A stretch of DNA of 64,000 nt, from positions 60,636,001-60,700,000 of the forward strand of contig CM060733.1 in assembly GCA_030704615.1 (NCBI GenBank), read 5' to 3'. A program made the position numbers and the translations under genes. Positions 1 through 14,768 of the stretch are shown piece by piece. Each line of letters opens with the position of its first letter. Position 1 is the stretch's first letter. Source of the stretch: Takakia lepidozioides. Its lineage: Eukaryota; Plantae; Bryophyta. The notes under the pieces are model-generated. The model was not told the origin of the DNA, made no database searches, and saw only the letters and a list, made by a program, of their open reading frames with translations.

Positions 1-4
1 ATTA

Positions 5-2979
<2,975 letters not shown>

Positions 2980-3188
2980 ATCTTCTCCCACTCTGCTCAG
3001 ATCAGTGTTTTGCTTGCCACTTCTCCCTCACAACGTTACACCATCTCCATCAGCGACGACGGCCCCAAACTCAGCAAGCCCTCGAAGAACATGTTGCCAC
3101 GTGTGATAGTTCTGAAGGATAGGTCATATTTTGCTTTGGGAGTGGCCTGAAAATACAAAGAAAAAACCAACTGTTCTTTACCTATATT

Positions 3189-3511
3189 TGTTACATTACG
3201 TGATTATCTCGTTGAGAGATGGTGTTGGAAAAGAGCTCCATATTCAGCGAATACGTAACTTGGCTTGTCCAATAAGGGCCCCAGGTTTGTGTGAGGTGTG
3301 AAGATTAGAGGGTGGTCCAGGAATTAAAAAGCCTGGGTTACAGTAAGCTACACAAGGATTCGGATTAATGACCGTCATGTAAGGGGGTAAGAAAAAAGAA
3401 GGCAGGAAGGCCATAGCTATTAAAGGTAGAGACACTAAAAGTAGCTCTCTATTTAAGTTAGAGAGGTTTTGACTTAAAGGTAAAGCTAGTCCATTGTGGG
3501 ACTACTTAACA
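3189..3511. mobile_element. Probable solo LTR
   Basis: TGTTA...TAACA termini, internal TATA-like CTCTCTATTTAAG, imperfect flanking duplication (atatt/catat). Confidence 0.4.
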
Positions 3512-3689
3512 CATATTTTTAAGAATATAGGACTGAAAGGCAAGTATTTAGAGATTGCTCTTAGCCTATCTAGAACTATATGTAGATTCAATGATGGGGT
3601 GTAGCCACATACTAATCAATATCGTTTCATAATGTTAATATTAAGTTCTAAACTTAGACAAGTATTAATATATACACATTTTTAATTTC

Positions 3690-3800
3690 TAGAACAGGGA
3701 CAGAAGCCCTGGAAAATATATTAATAGAAGTGGAAAAAATAACCACCCAACTTGGCCGTGAAGGCTTACAGTGGGGATACCACCCCGTGATCGATAAAAA
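3690..3800. repeat. Dispersed repeat related to 9750-9840, possibly a LINE 3' end
   Basis: Shared blocks AGGGAC.G.AGCCC / GTGG..AAAATAACCAC / GGC.GTGAA.GCTTA.A.TGGGG. Confidence 0.4.
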
Positions 3801-6355
3801 CCAATAAACTGAAGGGTATGGTTTTTGCCTGGTAAGCAGAGTAAGCAGCCAGCGAAAGCGTTGTGTAGGTGCCAGGGTATTCATGTAGTAAGATAAGGAT
3901 GTCAAAGCAGTACTACCCTGATCAGGAGGAACAGAGGAGAAGTGTCGAGTTGCAGCCTGGTTAGTAACACTCTGAATGCACCTCCTTGGACATAGCACTG
4001 GCTTGGGAGCTTCAATGCCAGCCAAAAAGATCGTGTGGCCCACTCACACATAACTGTAACAGCTGAACCCAAATCTGATGTGACATAGTATACATGAGTG
4101 ACACATAGATGAATTGATGTGGCAAATGAACATATACATGTATATGCACACCAACTAACATACCAGAAACCAGCATACTGTGCTGTCAGAGATCGCACTC
4201 TTGCATTACCTTCTTGCAATGCATTTCTGTGCAAGGGGGCTTCTTCGCAACCATAATTACAAATAGGTCAGTCATATTTCTCATTTTCGTATGTGTTTGA
4301 GAATCTTCAGGCTGTCCACTGTCAAATTCAATCAATTCGAAGCTTGGCTGATTTTGAGGAGATAATGGCAATGTGCTTTAACCTCACCACCATGACATAG
4401 ATTTCCAAACAGGGGTAAGAGACAGACATATAGAATGTACTCTTAAGTCATTGTTTGCCATATCCTGGTGTCATAGACTCCTTCGAACAAAAGGGTTTAG
4501 GGTACAAACAAGCCTAAATTACACATGTTGGGAAGATATTGAAGGACTTATATGGTGGCCAAAAGCTAGGGCTGATTGTGGTGATACTCACCTTCCTCCG
4601 CAGCCTGTGTTTGACCATACTATGCGCTTTGAACATAATCTGCCATCCCACCAGAATATGGGTTCCAGCCTTGAACCTTCAATAGTCAATTTCTTGACCT
4701 CTTTCGCTGGGAACAGGGTACAGCCAAACATACAGAGCGTGTACTCGTTCTCTGTTTCTGTAGAGACGCCCTCCAATTCGATGCTAAGTTGCGAGAGATC
4801 AGGGGTCATCTCGAAGCGAGTACCCCCTCCATAGAAGATGCTTCTCTGGGATGTAATTGCCACCTGAGACATTAAAACTGTTCTTCGAACCTCCTGCATT
4901 CTTATTCAACTGCACATCTGTAAGCGAAAATGTTGCCAGTTGCACCGGTGTCGTTGCATATGATTCATTCAAAGGATTCATTCAAAGTGGGGTATGTGGG
5001 AATTGAATCTCTCCTTGACGAATTTGGTTTTGGGAGTGGATTGTAGAGCATAATGCGCTTGGAATCCTCAGATTGCAGCCAGTCCCCGTTTTGAAATGGG
5101 AGAAGGTTGTGCAGCATCCACCATGTAGGATCTCCTTATGAGAAAATTGACGACGATGATGTGGCTGACGATGATGACGTGGTTGACAACGATGATGTGG
5201 CACTATGGCACCCTATTCCTGCTCTACGCTAAACTAGTCTCTCACCTTCAATAATCGCATAAGTTACTTGTAGCTAGGTGGATCCCAGGTGGACATTGTA
5301 CTTGTCGCCACCTCCACTCAGTCCCAAAATTATTTCGCCACATCCACGCCAAGGCAGAAATGAAAAAAAAAAGGCACGTGAGACTTAAAGACCCAATTAA
5401 TTTATAATAAGAGGCACAGGGCTGATGTATTATGGGGGTGCACGATGAAACGGAGCATGATCGTGGAAGGAATATGACCGTGCTTTGGCTAGATGGTCGT
5501 TGAAAGAGAGGCTTTCAAGAACGTACCGGTACTGATGGAAGCAGTACTAGTGATGTGCATGAAAAACTCCACGACAAGATGTCGTATTTTGCTATGCTTG
5601 ATGATCTGCGGTGCACCTGGAGCTTTGCCGCCCCGAAGGACGACCCCGCCATGCAGGACTATCGTGAGGTGGGAGTGACATTGTCTGTGCAATGTGTGTA
5701 GGTGCACCCAACCGACAAAATTTGTGGGTTTCCGTTTGCAGCTCGAGAGTACTTGCAATGTATGTGGTGATCATGTCGAAGTATGGGGTTTATTGATTAG
5801 TCTAGGATTGGCTCGAGCAGTACATCTCAGAAACCAGGGATGATCAATAGGCTTTTTCAATAAGACAGACCTGTACAAGTTTCATAATGATCCATGAGTA
5901 AATCTCCTAGTGAACCTTACGCTTGTTGTGATTTCGTGGTTGACTTAGTTTACTTCAAGGAGAAATCTGGAAATTCTCAATGGTTGCTGTGGGATGGATT
6001 TGGTGCCTGCAGGAAAATCTATAAAAGTAACTCAGACGCCTTCCAAGTGCAGGCTGCTTATTAATTAGGAAGTTACCGAAAGTTTGCTTCGGCGTGAATC
6101 TTTAGCTACCGAGCTAGAGTGCCTTAGATTCGATCCGAGCGAGAAAGAGGATCTGAAGCCCATCTGAAGAAAGAGATTAGATCCCGTCCAGTAGGACCTC
6201 TAGAGACGAGTTTCTCCACCCGGCTCCATTGCATGCATGTCATTGCTCTTGAAGGATCAACTGATTAATATACAGAGAGAATCGCGCCAGATTGACAACA
6301 CGTACAAATTTTTGATCGTTCTCGTAATAACAACCATCTCAAGTGCAGCTCTAAA

Positions 6356-9280
6356 ATGGAGGTTTTAGGCGGCTACTGGCCCTTCCATCGTGGGTACGCG
6401 GATCTCTCCACTCTCGACCTGATTGGCATAGTCACAACAGCTGCGGCTGCTTTGGGCATCTGGCTATGGTGGTACCGATGGTCGCAACGACATTCTCTCG
6501 GACCCAAAACATGGCCTTTTATTGGATCATTGCTTGAGGTTCGTGCGAACTGGGAGAATCTTCACGAATATGTCACCAGCTACTTGTACAAGGCCGGAAC
6601 GCAACGAGTGTCGCTTGGATTTGGGTACGAGTTTTTGCACACTGTAGACCCCGCCGACATGGAACACATTATGAAGACCAACTTCAACAACTATCCCATG
6701 GTTGTTTACTCGTACCCCTTGCATTACCCTGCCCACCCTCCCTACTTATCATTGATTGTGACCGTTGCACCAACTTACTCGTATACATAGATTAGCACGG
6801 TCGGTGATGAATTGTAATAGATACATATTCATGCATGTCAGGAACGTAGGCTACAGAACGTCAAGGAATGCAGCTGACGAGATTTTCCTCATCTGGATGC
6901 ATGTCATGAACTGAAGGGACCACTAGTCGGTGCCGTCAACTACGACTTTTTTGGACACGGCATCTTCAACGTAGATGGAGAGTTTTGGCGGCAACAGCGG
7001 AAGTTTGCGTCCTCCAGGTTGCGCGATTTCAGTACCACCGTCTTCAGAGAGTACGCGGTGAGACTGGCTTCGATACTGCTCGAGATGTTGAAAGTCAATT
7101 CTAACATTCATCAAGTCATATGATGAAGCTTGAAGGGACAACTGTTAGACAAAGAGTTGTGATGTGTGTGAGTTAGACCTATTGGCTGTATCAATAGTCA
7201 CAACTGTTCATATGTCTTAAAGTGAGCACACCGCTCACTATTGTAACATCTTCTTAATTATCAATTACAAGTCACTCTCTCTCTCTCCATAAATTTTACA
7301 CACGAGAAAGCCAGCTCACCCAAATCTCAAGATTAATCTGCAGGTACATTCGCTGAAGGCCCAAAGTTAGAGTTTATGATGATGGATTCTCGGAATGTTT
7401 GTGTTTCTATAATCTTTGCAGTGGCTGGGCTGTCCGGTGTGGAATGGAATTCTCACAAGCAGGTGCGGCCTCTCAATTGGGAAACAGGATGTAATGGCGC
7501 GGATGACAATGGACACAACCGTGAAAGTGGGTTTTGGTGTTGGCCTGGGTTGTCCTTCCCATTGCCAAGAGCTTCGAATTTGCGAGTGTCTGTTCCTTTC
7601 TTCGGTTTGTGGATCCATTCTGGAAAGTGAAGCGGTTCCTCCAAGTTGGACGAGAGAAAAAGATGAAACAGGCTGTCGAAACCCTCGACAAATTTGCCTA
7701 CGATATCATCCAAAGAGTGAGGGCGGAGGGAAAGGGAATGGAATACGTCCATGAGGTAGGCCAGCATATTCAGTGTAATTGTTGATCACCGACGGCTAGG
7801 AGTTATGGATCATACCGTTGAGCACATGTAAAGATAACTGCAACTGAATCCAGATGAGTTGTCAAGAGATTACCAGTAATTTCGTGTCCAAGGATATCTA
7901 TGCATCGACGTGAAATATGCAAGACGTCGCACTGGCCCAGTACTTCTGCAATGTTTGTTTGCTCATCGCAGGAGAAAGATGATCTGCTGTCAAGATTTCT
8001 GAAGCTGAGCACAGAGGTGGACAGTCGATTCGACAACAGAGCTCTTCGCGATATCATGATCAACTTCGTCGGGACTCAACTGCCGGCGCTCTGAGCTGGT
8101 TATTCTACATGTTGTATCGTCACCCAGAGGTGACTGCAAAGATTCGTGAAGAGCTCTCCTCATTGGAGAAACGTTGCTCAAAGCCAGGTAAATGTGTGTT
8201 CAGGTGCCAGATTTTGCATTTTGAAGGTTCTCACGAAGCTGTCCGTGGACACGAATTGAAGATGATATGCTCTTGAAAGAAATACTCCCAGGTGGATATC
8301 TGTGACTCCGAAGAGCTTTGCTACTAGAACCTGTAGAGAAGACGCTCTTCGAAAGGGTTTATGTCCAGAGGTGGCCAAACTCCTGTGTTGCAACACATAC
8401 ATGTGTGAGAGAGTCCACAGGTCTGATATGGTCTCACAGTTGTGGCATACGCATGGTTGGCAGGGAAGGAGGGCAATCAGACGCCGGAAGAATCCTTCCA
8501 TTCATTTGCTGATTCCTAACAAGATCTCTCTTATATTCCTAGATTCTAGCACTGCCCAGATGAAAAGATTCAAGTCTGGTCGGAGCTCCAATTGAATGAC
8601 TGTACTTGTTTGCAGAAATCTCAGAAAACTCGTGAATCATCCTGAAATTTGTTGTAAATCGGAAATGAAGAAGGCATCAGAGATTCTTGATGAGTCCAAG
8701 ACATTTTGTGCTTGCAGACTGTATACATGTATCGAAAAGTGTTTTACACTGTGGACAGAATGCGAAACAACTTATAAAGGATGATGTGTTGCCAGACGGC
8801 ACAAAGGTCAACAAGGGCAGTATGGTTGTATTACACCCATACGGCATGGGGCAGATGCCGTACATATGGGGACCCGATGCAGCTGAGTTCAAGCCTGAAC
8901 GGTGGATTAAGGATGGGGTCTTCCAGCCTGAATCTCCTTTCAAATACATAGCCTTCCAAGTAGGTTCTTGCAAGCACCCCCATTCTCAATCCAATCACAA
9001 CCATTTCAGTTTCTCGCAGGCATCTAGTAGACTCGGTGTCAAATGTGCTTCTGCACATGTATGATACTTTGCTCAATTGTGTGTGCAGGCTGGACCCCGA
9101 GTGTGTCTTGGCAAGGAATCATCCTACTTGCAAATAAAGCTCACAACTGCACTTATAGTTCGATTCTTCGATTGGCACTTGGTTCCAGGCCACATTGTGA
9201 CCTACCGCACGATGATTTCGCTGGTAATGCGCTATGGCTTGAAGGTCACTGTTAGCCTGGCAGACTCCTCACTGGCGTAG
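6356..9280 (+). pseudogene. CYP704: CYP704-like cytochrome P450 pseudogene
   Basis: Relative to the intact copy: solo-LTR insertion in exon 2, about 19-bp deletion in exon 3, 10-bp deletion removing I-helix LAG(R), about 80-bp deletion removing the ETMRLYP (ExxR) segment. Heme motif FQAGPRVCLG retained. Confidence 0.9.
7086..7302. mobile_element. Solo LTR (217 bp) inserted in P450 exon 2
   Basis: TG...CA ends, perfect 5-bp TSD CGAGA (7081-7085, 7303-7307), absent from the second P450 copy. Confidence 0.9.
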
Positions 9281-9719
9281 CCAAGGACACAGTAAACTCT
9301 GATACCGAGAGGCTCTTATTTAAGCTAAGTAGCTCTTGCTGAATATATATATGGTATACTTCTAATACCAGCTGGCTAAAGCAACAAATTGCAAATCCTT
9401 TCTTTTTCCTTTCTTTGTTTTTTTCTTCTTAAAGGGAACCGAGGCCTATAAAATAATACTTTCTGTACACAGCTTTCACTCCTTGGGAGTACTAATACCA
9501 GTGTTGTGCGGTTATTTGATAATTTTGATATCAGACGGTTACAGATGTTCAACTTCCCTTTGTGTTCACATTGGCCCGTTCCGAGGTTTTTGAGCTTTCT
9601 CGTTTATGATATCCTGCCGGTTGGCAACAAATATAACTTTTAAGCCTACGTGGATGGACAAATATAGTTTATGTGTGTATGGCCTCCGACAGTTCAGTAT
9701 CCAGTTATCAAACAAAACC

Positions 9720-10370
9720 AAGTTTTTTTCCTCTTTTTTCTTTTCTTCTTCGGAAAGGGACGGAGCCCCGTACATTAAAAGGTGGGGAAAATAACCACTA
9801 TGAAGGCTGTGAACGCTTAAAATGGGGCGATTGTCCCCTAACCAAGAGTCCATGAAACAGGAGACTGATTGCAAAACAACAGTAGTTGAAGCTAGGAAAA
9901 CAGCAACAGTGCATTGGGAACAAGTTCCGGTAGTTGTAACACTTGTAGATAAGAATGGATGCAGACTGAAGATGAGAAACAGACAACGAATAGGGATTAG
10001 GGAGGCTTCTGAGAAGCAGAGAACACTACATTCTACTAGAATCTGAGCTGGGTTTCCAGCTTGGAGTCTCTGGCCCCGCCATGGCGCCATGACAGTCTCC
10101 CATTGTGGAGGGAGGTTGTCGTGCCAGTGAAAATGTGTGTCTGAACAACAGGAGTTGAGGATGCCGCCCTTACCCCAGGAGAGGTTGAAGGATATGCCCA
10201 CTAAGGTGGGTGTCGGCTTTGCACCTGTGGAGTAGAGCATCGTAAAGAGGATCATCCATGCCTACAACACTCATGGCTACACAATCAGCAGGTTAGTGCA
10301 GGTGAGGAGAAAGTGACAACCCCCATGATCTTTCTCTCATTGATCCTGACTTCAATTTTCAGTTGGCTGC
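9720..10370 (-). mobile_element. Possible degenerate non-LTR (LINE) 3' fragment
   Basis: T-rich tail on + at 9722-9750, followed by the repeat shared with 3690-3800. No RT motif recognised. Confidence 0.3.
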
Positions 10371-10374
10371 CTAT

Positions 10375-10950
10375 GAGGAAGCAAGCAGGCTATGAAGTGC
10401 AGCTCAGTCCCTTGATCGGGAATTAAGACAGGCTAGGGAGCGAGAGAAACATGATCATGGAAAAGGTAGGGCCAAATCTATCCTAGGCAACAGGTTGTCA
10501 ACCTAGTAGCATTGCCAAGTACCAAGCAAGAAATTTAAGGAACATCAAATTGAACTAGATCCCAAGAATCCAGCAGATTAGGGGGAACATAAGGGAAATC
10601 CAGCAGATGACATAATGCATAAGGGTCAGCAACAACAAGGTGCAGCAACAGAAGGGGAAGAAAGAACAGGAACCAGATCATCTAGAGTAGTGTAAGGGGC
10701 AGGAGGCTTAGTTTCGCCACGAGTCAATGCATCAGCATTAACATTATCTTTTCCTCGCTTGTATGAGATCTGAAAATCATAACCCTGTAAAATCAGAGCC
10801 CATCTAGCCAAACGTCCAGTCAGTTCGCGAGGAGTAAGCAAGGGTTTCAAAGGTAAATGATCTGTCTCGATGGTAAAGTGGCAACCATGAAGATATTACC
10901 TAAAATATTTAACACCAAAGATAACTGCTAAGCCCTCTTTGTCTGTGATA
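10375..10950 (-). mobile_element. Gypsy-1 fragment: RNase H and linker
   Basis: ITDKEGLAVIFGVKYFR..HFTIETDHLPL..RLARWALILQGYDFQISYKRGKDNVNADALTR, homologous to 44291-44803. Confidence 0.9.
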
Positions 10951-11860
10951 AACTCTATTTTAACTAATTCTGGACTTTTGTTTGGTCCAGAAATAATACA
11001 AGATATATGAATAATTATAATCTATGATAGAAATAAAGAGATATATCTATAATTATTTGACTATTTGTGCACTATATAACAACAAATTATGTAATCCTCC
11101 ACACATTCTACGCAAAAATACAAGTATGTATTGTGGTCTTAGATGAACATCCACTGCCAAGTTGACGTTCATTAAAATGAATGGGGGGATGCAATGAATC
11201 AAACAATGATGAGAGCTCCGATATCCAAAATGACATACACAAACAAACATGGAATAATGACAGAACCAAATATTAAACAATGATGGCATGTGATGAACAT
11301 GACAACATGGAAAAACGAGTCTGTCGGGATCTGATTGATGATATGAAACATTCATATTTTATTTGAGATTATATCATTCAAGGCGATGGACCAACAGAAA
11401 AATGAACGTCAATTGTCCATTTGTTCATGGACTTAATGCCATACAAGCCATAGATTCTGAAGCCATAGAACCGTTACGGCTTATTCTAACTCATTAATAA
11501 TATTGAGCCTCATCCCAAACGGCTCGCAGTCAAGGCATGTGTCCGAAGACGCCTCCGGTTACCATAGCCACTTGCAACGGTCTCCGCTCCAGAGGACACG
11601 GAGATACTTTCAAGAAGGTGAAACCGGCTGATATTGTCATCTGAAATGTTATTGCCAACTCTACTTGATGCCCTTGAAGCCTCCCGGCACGCCCGCCATT
11701 CTTCCCAATCACGCAGCTTTTGTTCCTATTTTAGAATTCGTTCCTTGAATGTAACTGGGAACAAGCGATGGAAATGACAAATGTTAGGCCCAAAGTAGAA
11801 GTTTTGCATATGGATATGTTGAGGTAAGAGTGCAAATGCAGCTGCAAAAGAATTGGAAAA

Positions 11861-12658
11861 TCAAATTATGAACAAACAACAGAACAGTGGGATCCACGTG
11901 CCTACCAAGGTAATCAGGTTCTTTTTGTTGTGGGATCCAAATACGAGGAACAAGATATCTTCTATACCAGGCCAGCAGGCATGGTCTCGACCAATAGGCT
12001 TATGAGAACACTTTGCCCGGTTCTCGCTAATGTAATTAACGACTGTTGAAGCTCCAGTCATCTCCGATATATATGGCCACACTGCTTTTGTCATATGCAA
12101 TCCGTTTGGTGAAGGCTTGAATGAGAAAGGGAAAAATCCAGTATTTTGTGGGTTTCGCAGGCCTTTTGATGGCTCATCATCTACAAGAAGTATTTGTCCC
12201 TGCGTAGCAAACGGTCTACTAGGGTACCTGACAATAACACTTCGAATATCCTTCATGAGATATTTCATCCCAGGCCTGATATAACCGGTGGTATCATTAC
12301 AATCCTCAGCAGACCATATGAAGCAAAACTTCTTCGTTATTTTCGTGGGGACGAAGCTCTCCAACATTCTACAAAGAACACCTCTATCAGCACATGACCA
12401 AATGGCCACGTGAAAATGCTTCAATACAAGGTCCAGAAACTCCAAGACTCCAGGCCGAGGCACCACAAACAGTCTGTCAAGAACTTGAAGTGTCACATTC
12501 CTGAAACGAGATTGCTCCTTAAACAGTTCACCGCCGGTTGGGGGTGGCCGGTAGCAGAAGAGTCCTTTGACACTCAAAATTAACAACATCCGTTTCTTCT
12601 TCCCCGCTGTTGCATGTAAAAGGATGAGAAACAAAGTTATTCTGAGCAGGGTAATCAC
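11861..12658 (-). CDS. FCP1/SCP (NIF) HAD-like phosphatase domain lacking the catalytic Asp; probable upstream exons to about 13400
   Basis: KKKRMLLILSVKGL, RPGVLEFL, VAIWS, FIWSAEDC, KDIRSV, ILLVDDEPSKGLRNPQNTGFFP match the FCP1-homology pattern. Confidence 0.8.
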   Translation of the reverse strand: MITLLRITLFLILLHATAGKKKRMLLILSVKGLFCYRPPPTGGELFKEQSRFRNVTLQVLDRLFVVPRPGVLEFLDLVLKHFHVAIWSCADRGVLCRMLESFVPTKITKKFCFIWSAEDCNDTTGYIRPGMKYLMKDIRSVIVRYPSRPFATQGQILLVDDEPSKGLRNPQNTGFFPFSFKPSPNGLHMTKAVWPYISEMTGASTVVNYISENRAKCSHKPIGRDHACWPGIEDILFLVFGSHNKKNLITLVGTWIPLFCCLFII

Positions 12659-13503
12659 ACACTGACATTAGTGTTTCTGCCATGAAAAATATACACGACC
12701 CAGAATGATTGGTGTATGGAAGATCAACACGATTGTGCAAAAAATGGCAAAATACTGCACAATGTTGTGGGCTTGGAATGTTTGAAGATGAGGATTAATA
12801 TTGTTAAGAAGAGGAACGTCGACTGCCAAGTGGAGGTTCAGGAAAGTACCTTGTACGGAGGGAAATTGATGAGGGTATCGTATGGTTTGGGGGCCCTATT
12901 CCGCTTCCTCGGTGCAGAACATTGCGCCAACACTGCAGGGTCGGGAAGCCAACAAGTTGCAATTGAAGTCTCGTCCTTGTCCTCGTCGAAAGGGTTGCGG
13001 AGAAAGGGAACGGAATGGAAATTGTCCCTTGAGCACTCCACATCCTGAATGGAATTCACATGTAACGAAGGGATTACCTCGGAACAGATTTCCAAGAAGA
13101 CGTCGTTTGACAGGAAGGTCACAATCCGCAGATTTTCTGGCCTGGATTGAAACAAGAACATCAGACCCAGTACTAAGGAAAACAAAAGGACGAGTTAGAA
13201 TTCAGATATAAGTAATTTTACCTGACTCCTTCTAATTTGGGCTGTCCAACCTTCATGCTGGGGAGAGAAGGAGGGAAGAGAAGCAACAGTGTGCTGCGGA
13301 GCCGCAGCCTCAGCCGCTTCCTCAACGGATGACATTCTCAAGCTAGATTTCAGATCCTTAACACTTAACATGGAGGGTGAGGATTGTAGAGATCTCACCT
13401 TGGCTTAGTGGTAGTTTGTTTCATGATAACCTTCAAACTCCCCCCTCATTCCAAGTTTATGTGGCTACCTAATTCTTTGTCACCAAGTGATAAGCGCATG
13501 CGT

Positions 13504-14340
13504 TTTTTTAAAAAATAAATAGTGACCGTTATGTTGGCTGTCGCTTCAATTTATTGTTTTAAAAAAACAAGATTGCGGTCGTATTGGCGGTCGCCTAATT
13601 TTAAAAAAAAAACAAGCAACTGCCGTATTGGCGGTCGCACGGTGGCAAATACATTTTTGAAAATCAACAAAATGTACGCGACCGCCAATTATGGCAGTCG
13701 CTTTGTTTTTCGAAATTAAAAAATAAATAGCGACCGCCGTATTGGCGGTCGCTTCAATTTTATTTTTTTTAAAAGCAAGATTGGCGGTTGCACTGGCGGT
13801 CGCCTTATTTTTTGAATTTAAAAAATAAATAGCGACCGCTATGCTGGCGGTCACTTCAATTCATTGTTTAAAAAAAACAAGATTGGTGGTCGTATTGGCG
13901 GTCGTCTAATTTAAAAAAAGAAATGAAGCGACTGCCGTATTGGCGGTCACACGGTAGCAAATACATTTTTGAAAATTAACAAAATGAACGCGACCGCCAA
14001 TTATGGCAGTCACTTTATTTTTCGAAATTAAAAAAAAAATAGCGACCGCCGTTTTGGCGGTCGCTTCAATTGTTTTTTTTCTTAAGCAAGATTGGCAGTC
14101 GCACTGGCGGTCGCTTCAAATTTGTTTTTAATAAAATCAAGATTGGCGGTCGCTTTATTTTTTGAATTAAAAAAAGAAATAACGACCGTTATCTTGGCGG
14201 TCGCTTAAATTTAAAAATATACAAAATAGAAGTGACCGCAATATTGCACAAAACGAAATGAAATAAAAGCGACCGCAGTAGTGGCGGTCGCTTGTTTTTC
14301 ATAAAAAATAAAAATACGGACCGTAGTATTAGCGGTCGCT
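13504..14340. repeat. Array of palindromic GCGACCGCC-N4-6-GGCGGTCGC units with AT-rich spacers
   Basis: Directly visible; about 310-bp higher-order duplication (13511-13820 vs 13821-14130). Lies upstream of the hAT transposase. Confidence 0.9.
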
Positions 14341-14768
14341 TAATCTCAAAATTACAACAAATATGGTTGTACAGCCTTTTTTGGGTGGGCGTTATTGGTT
14401 CGTCATTTATTCATTTCACTTTCATTTCACTTTCATCCCTCTTAGATCATATATAAGGGAGGAGGGTCACCAAGTTCCTCACTTCTTTTGGTGCAAACAG
14501 TTGAGGTTGCTTTGGATATTCTCTTCCATTGAACGAGAATGTAGCCCAAAAGGAGGGTGCGCACTTTTTGCCGTTGTGGCTTCTACCAAAGCCACTTCAG
14601 CAGATTGTGTATAAGCTCAACACTACAACCCACATCGACCCACTTGGGTTGCTGACAGGTGTAGAAGTGTTGGGCTATCGCATTGCACTCTACATTCACA
14701 ACACGTTCATTTATAGGTGACTGTTTTTTGTTGTTTACATCGCTAAGTCCTAGGGGAGTGGATATTGG

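Larger units (their letters stand above)
5468..9673 (+). repeat. Left arm of inverted segmental duplication (partner 36388-40737)
   Basis: Promoter, exons, introns and 3' flank match the reverse complement of 36388-40737; several ORFs are identical (e.g. 9077-9280 vs 36975-37178). Confidence 0.95.

Noticed and set aside
4186-5203. Short minus-strand ORFs and a PHHRxQ-type repeat
   Set aside because: No recognisable domain or consistent splice model.
9566-10255. 229-aa minus-strand ORF
   Set aside because: Crosses a T-tract and the P450 3' flank; no domain; likely chance.
13504-14340. CRISPR array (palindromic repeats with spacers; also 18040-18530, 23724-24852, 29240-29652)
   Set aside because: Spacers are low-complexity A/T tracts that resemble each other, repeats are degenerate, there are no cas genes and the context is eukaryotic.
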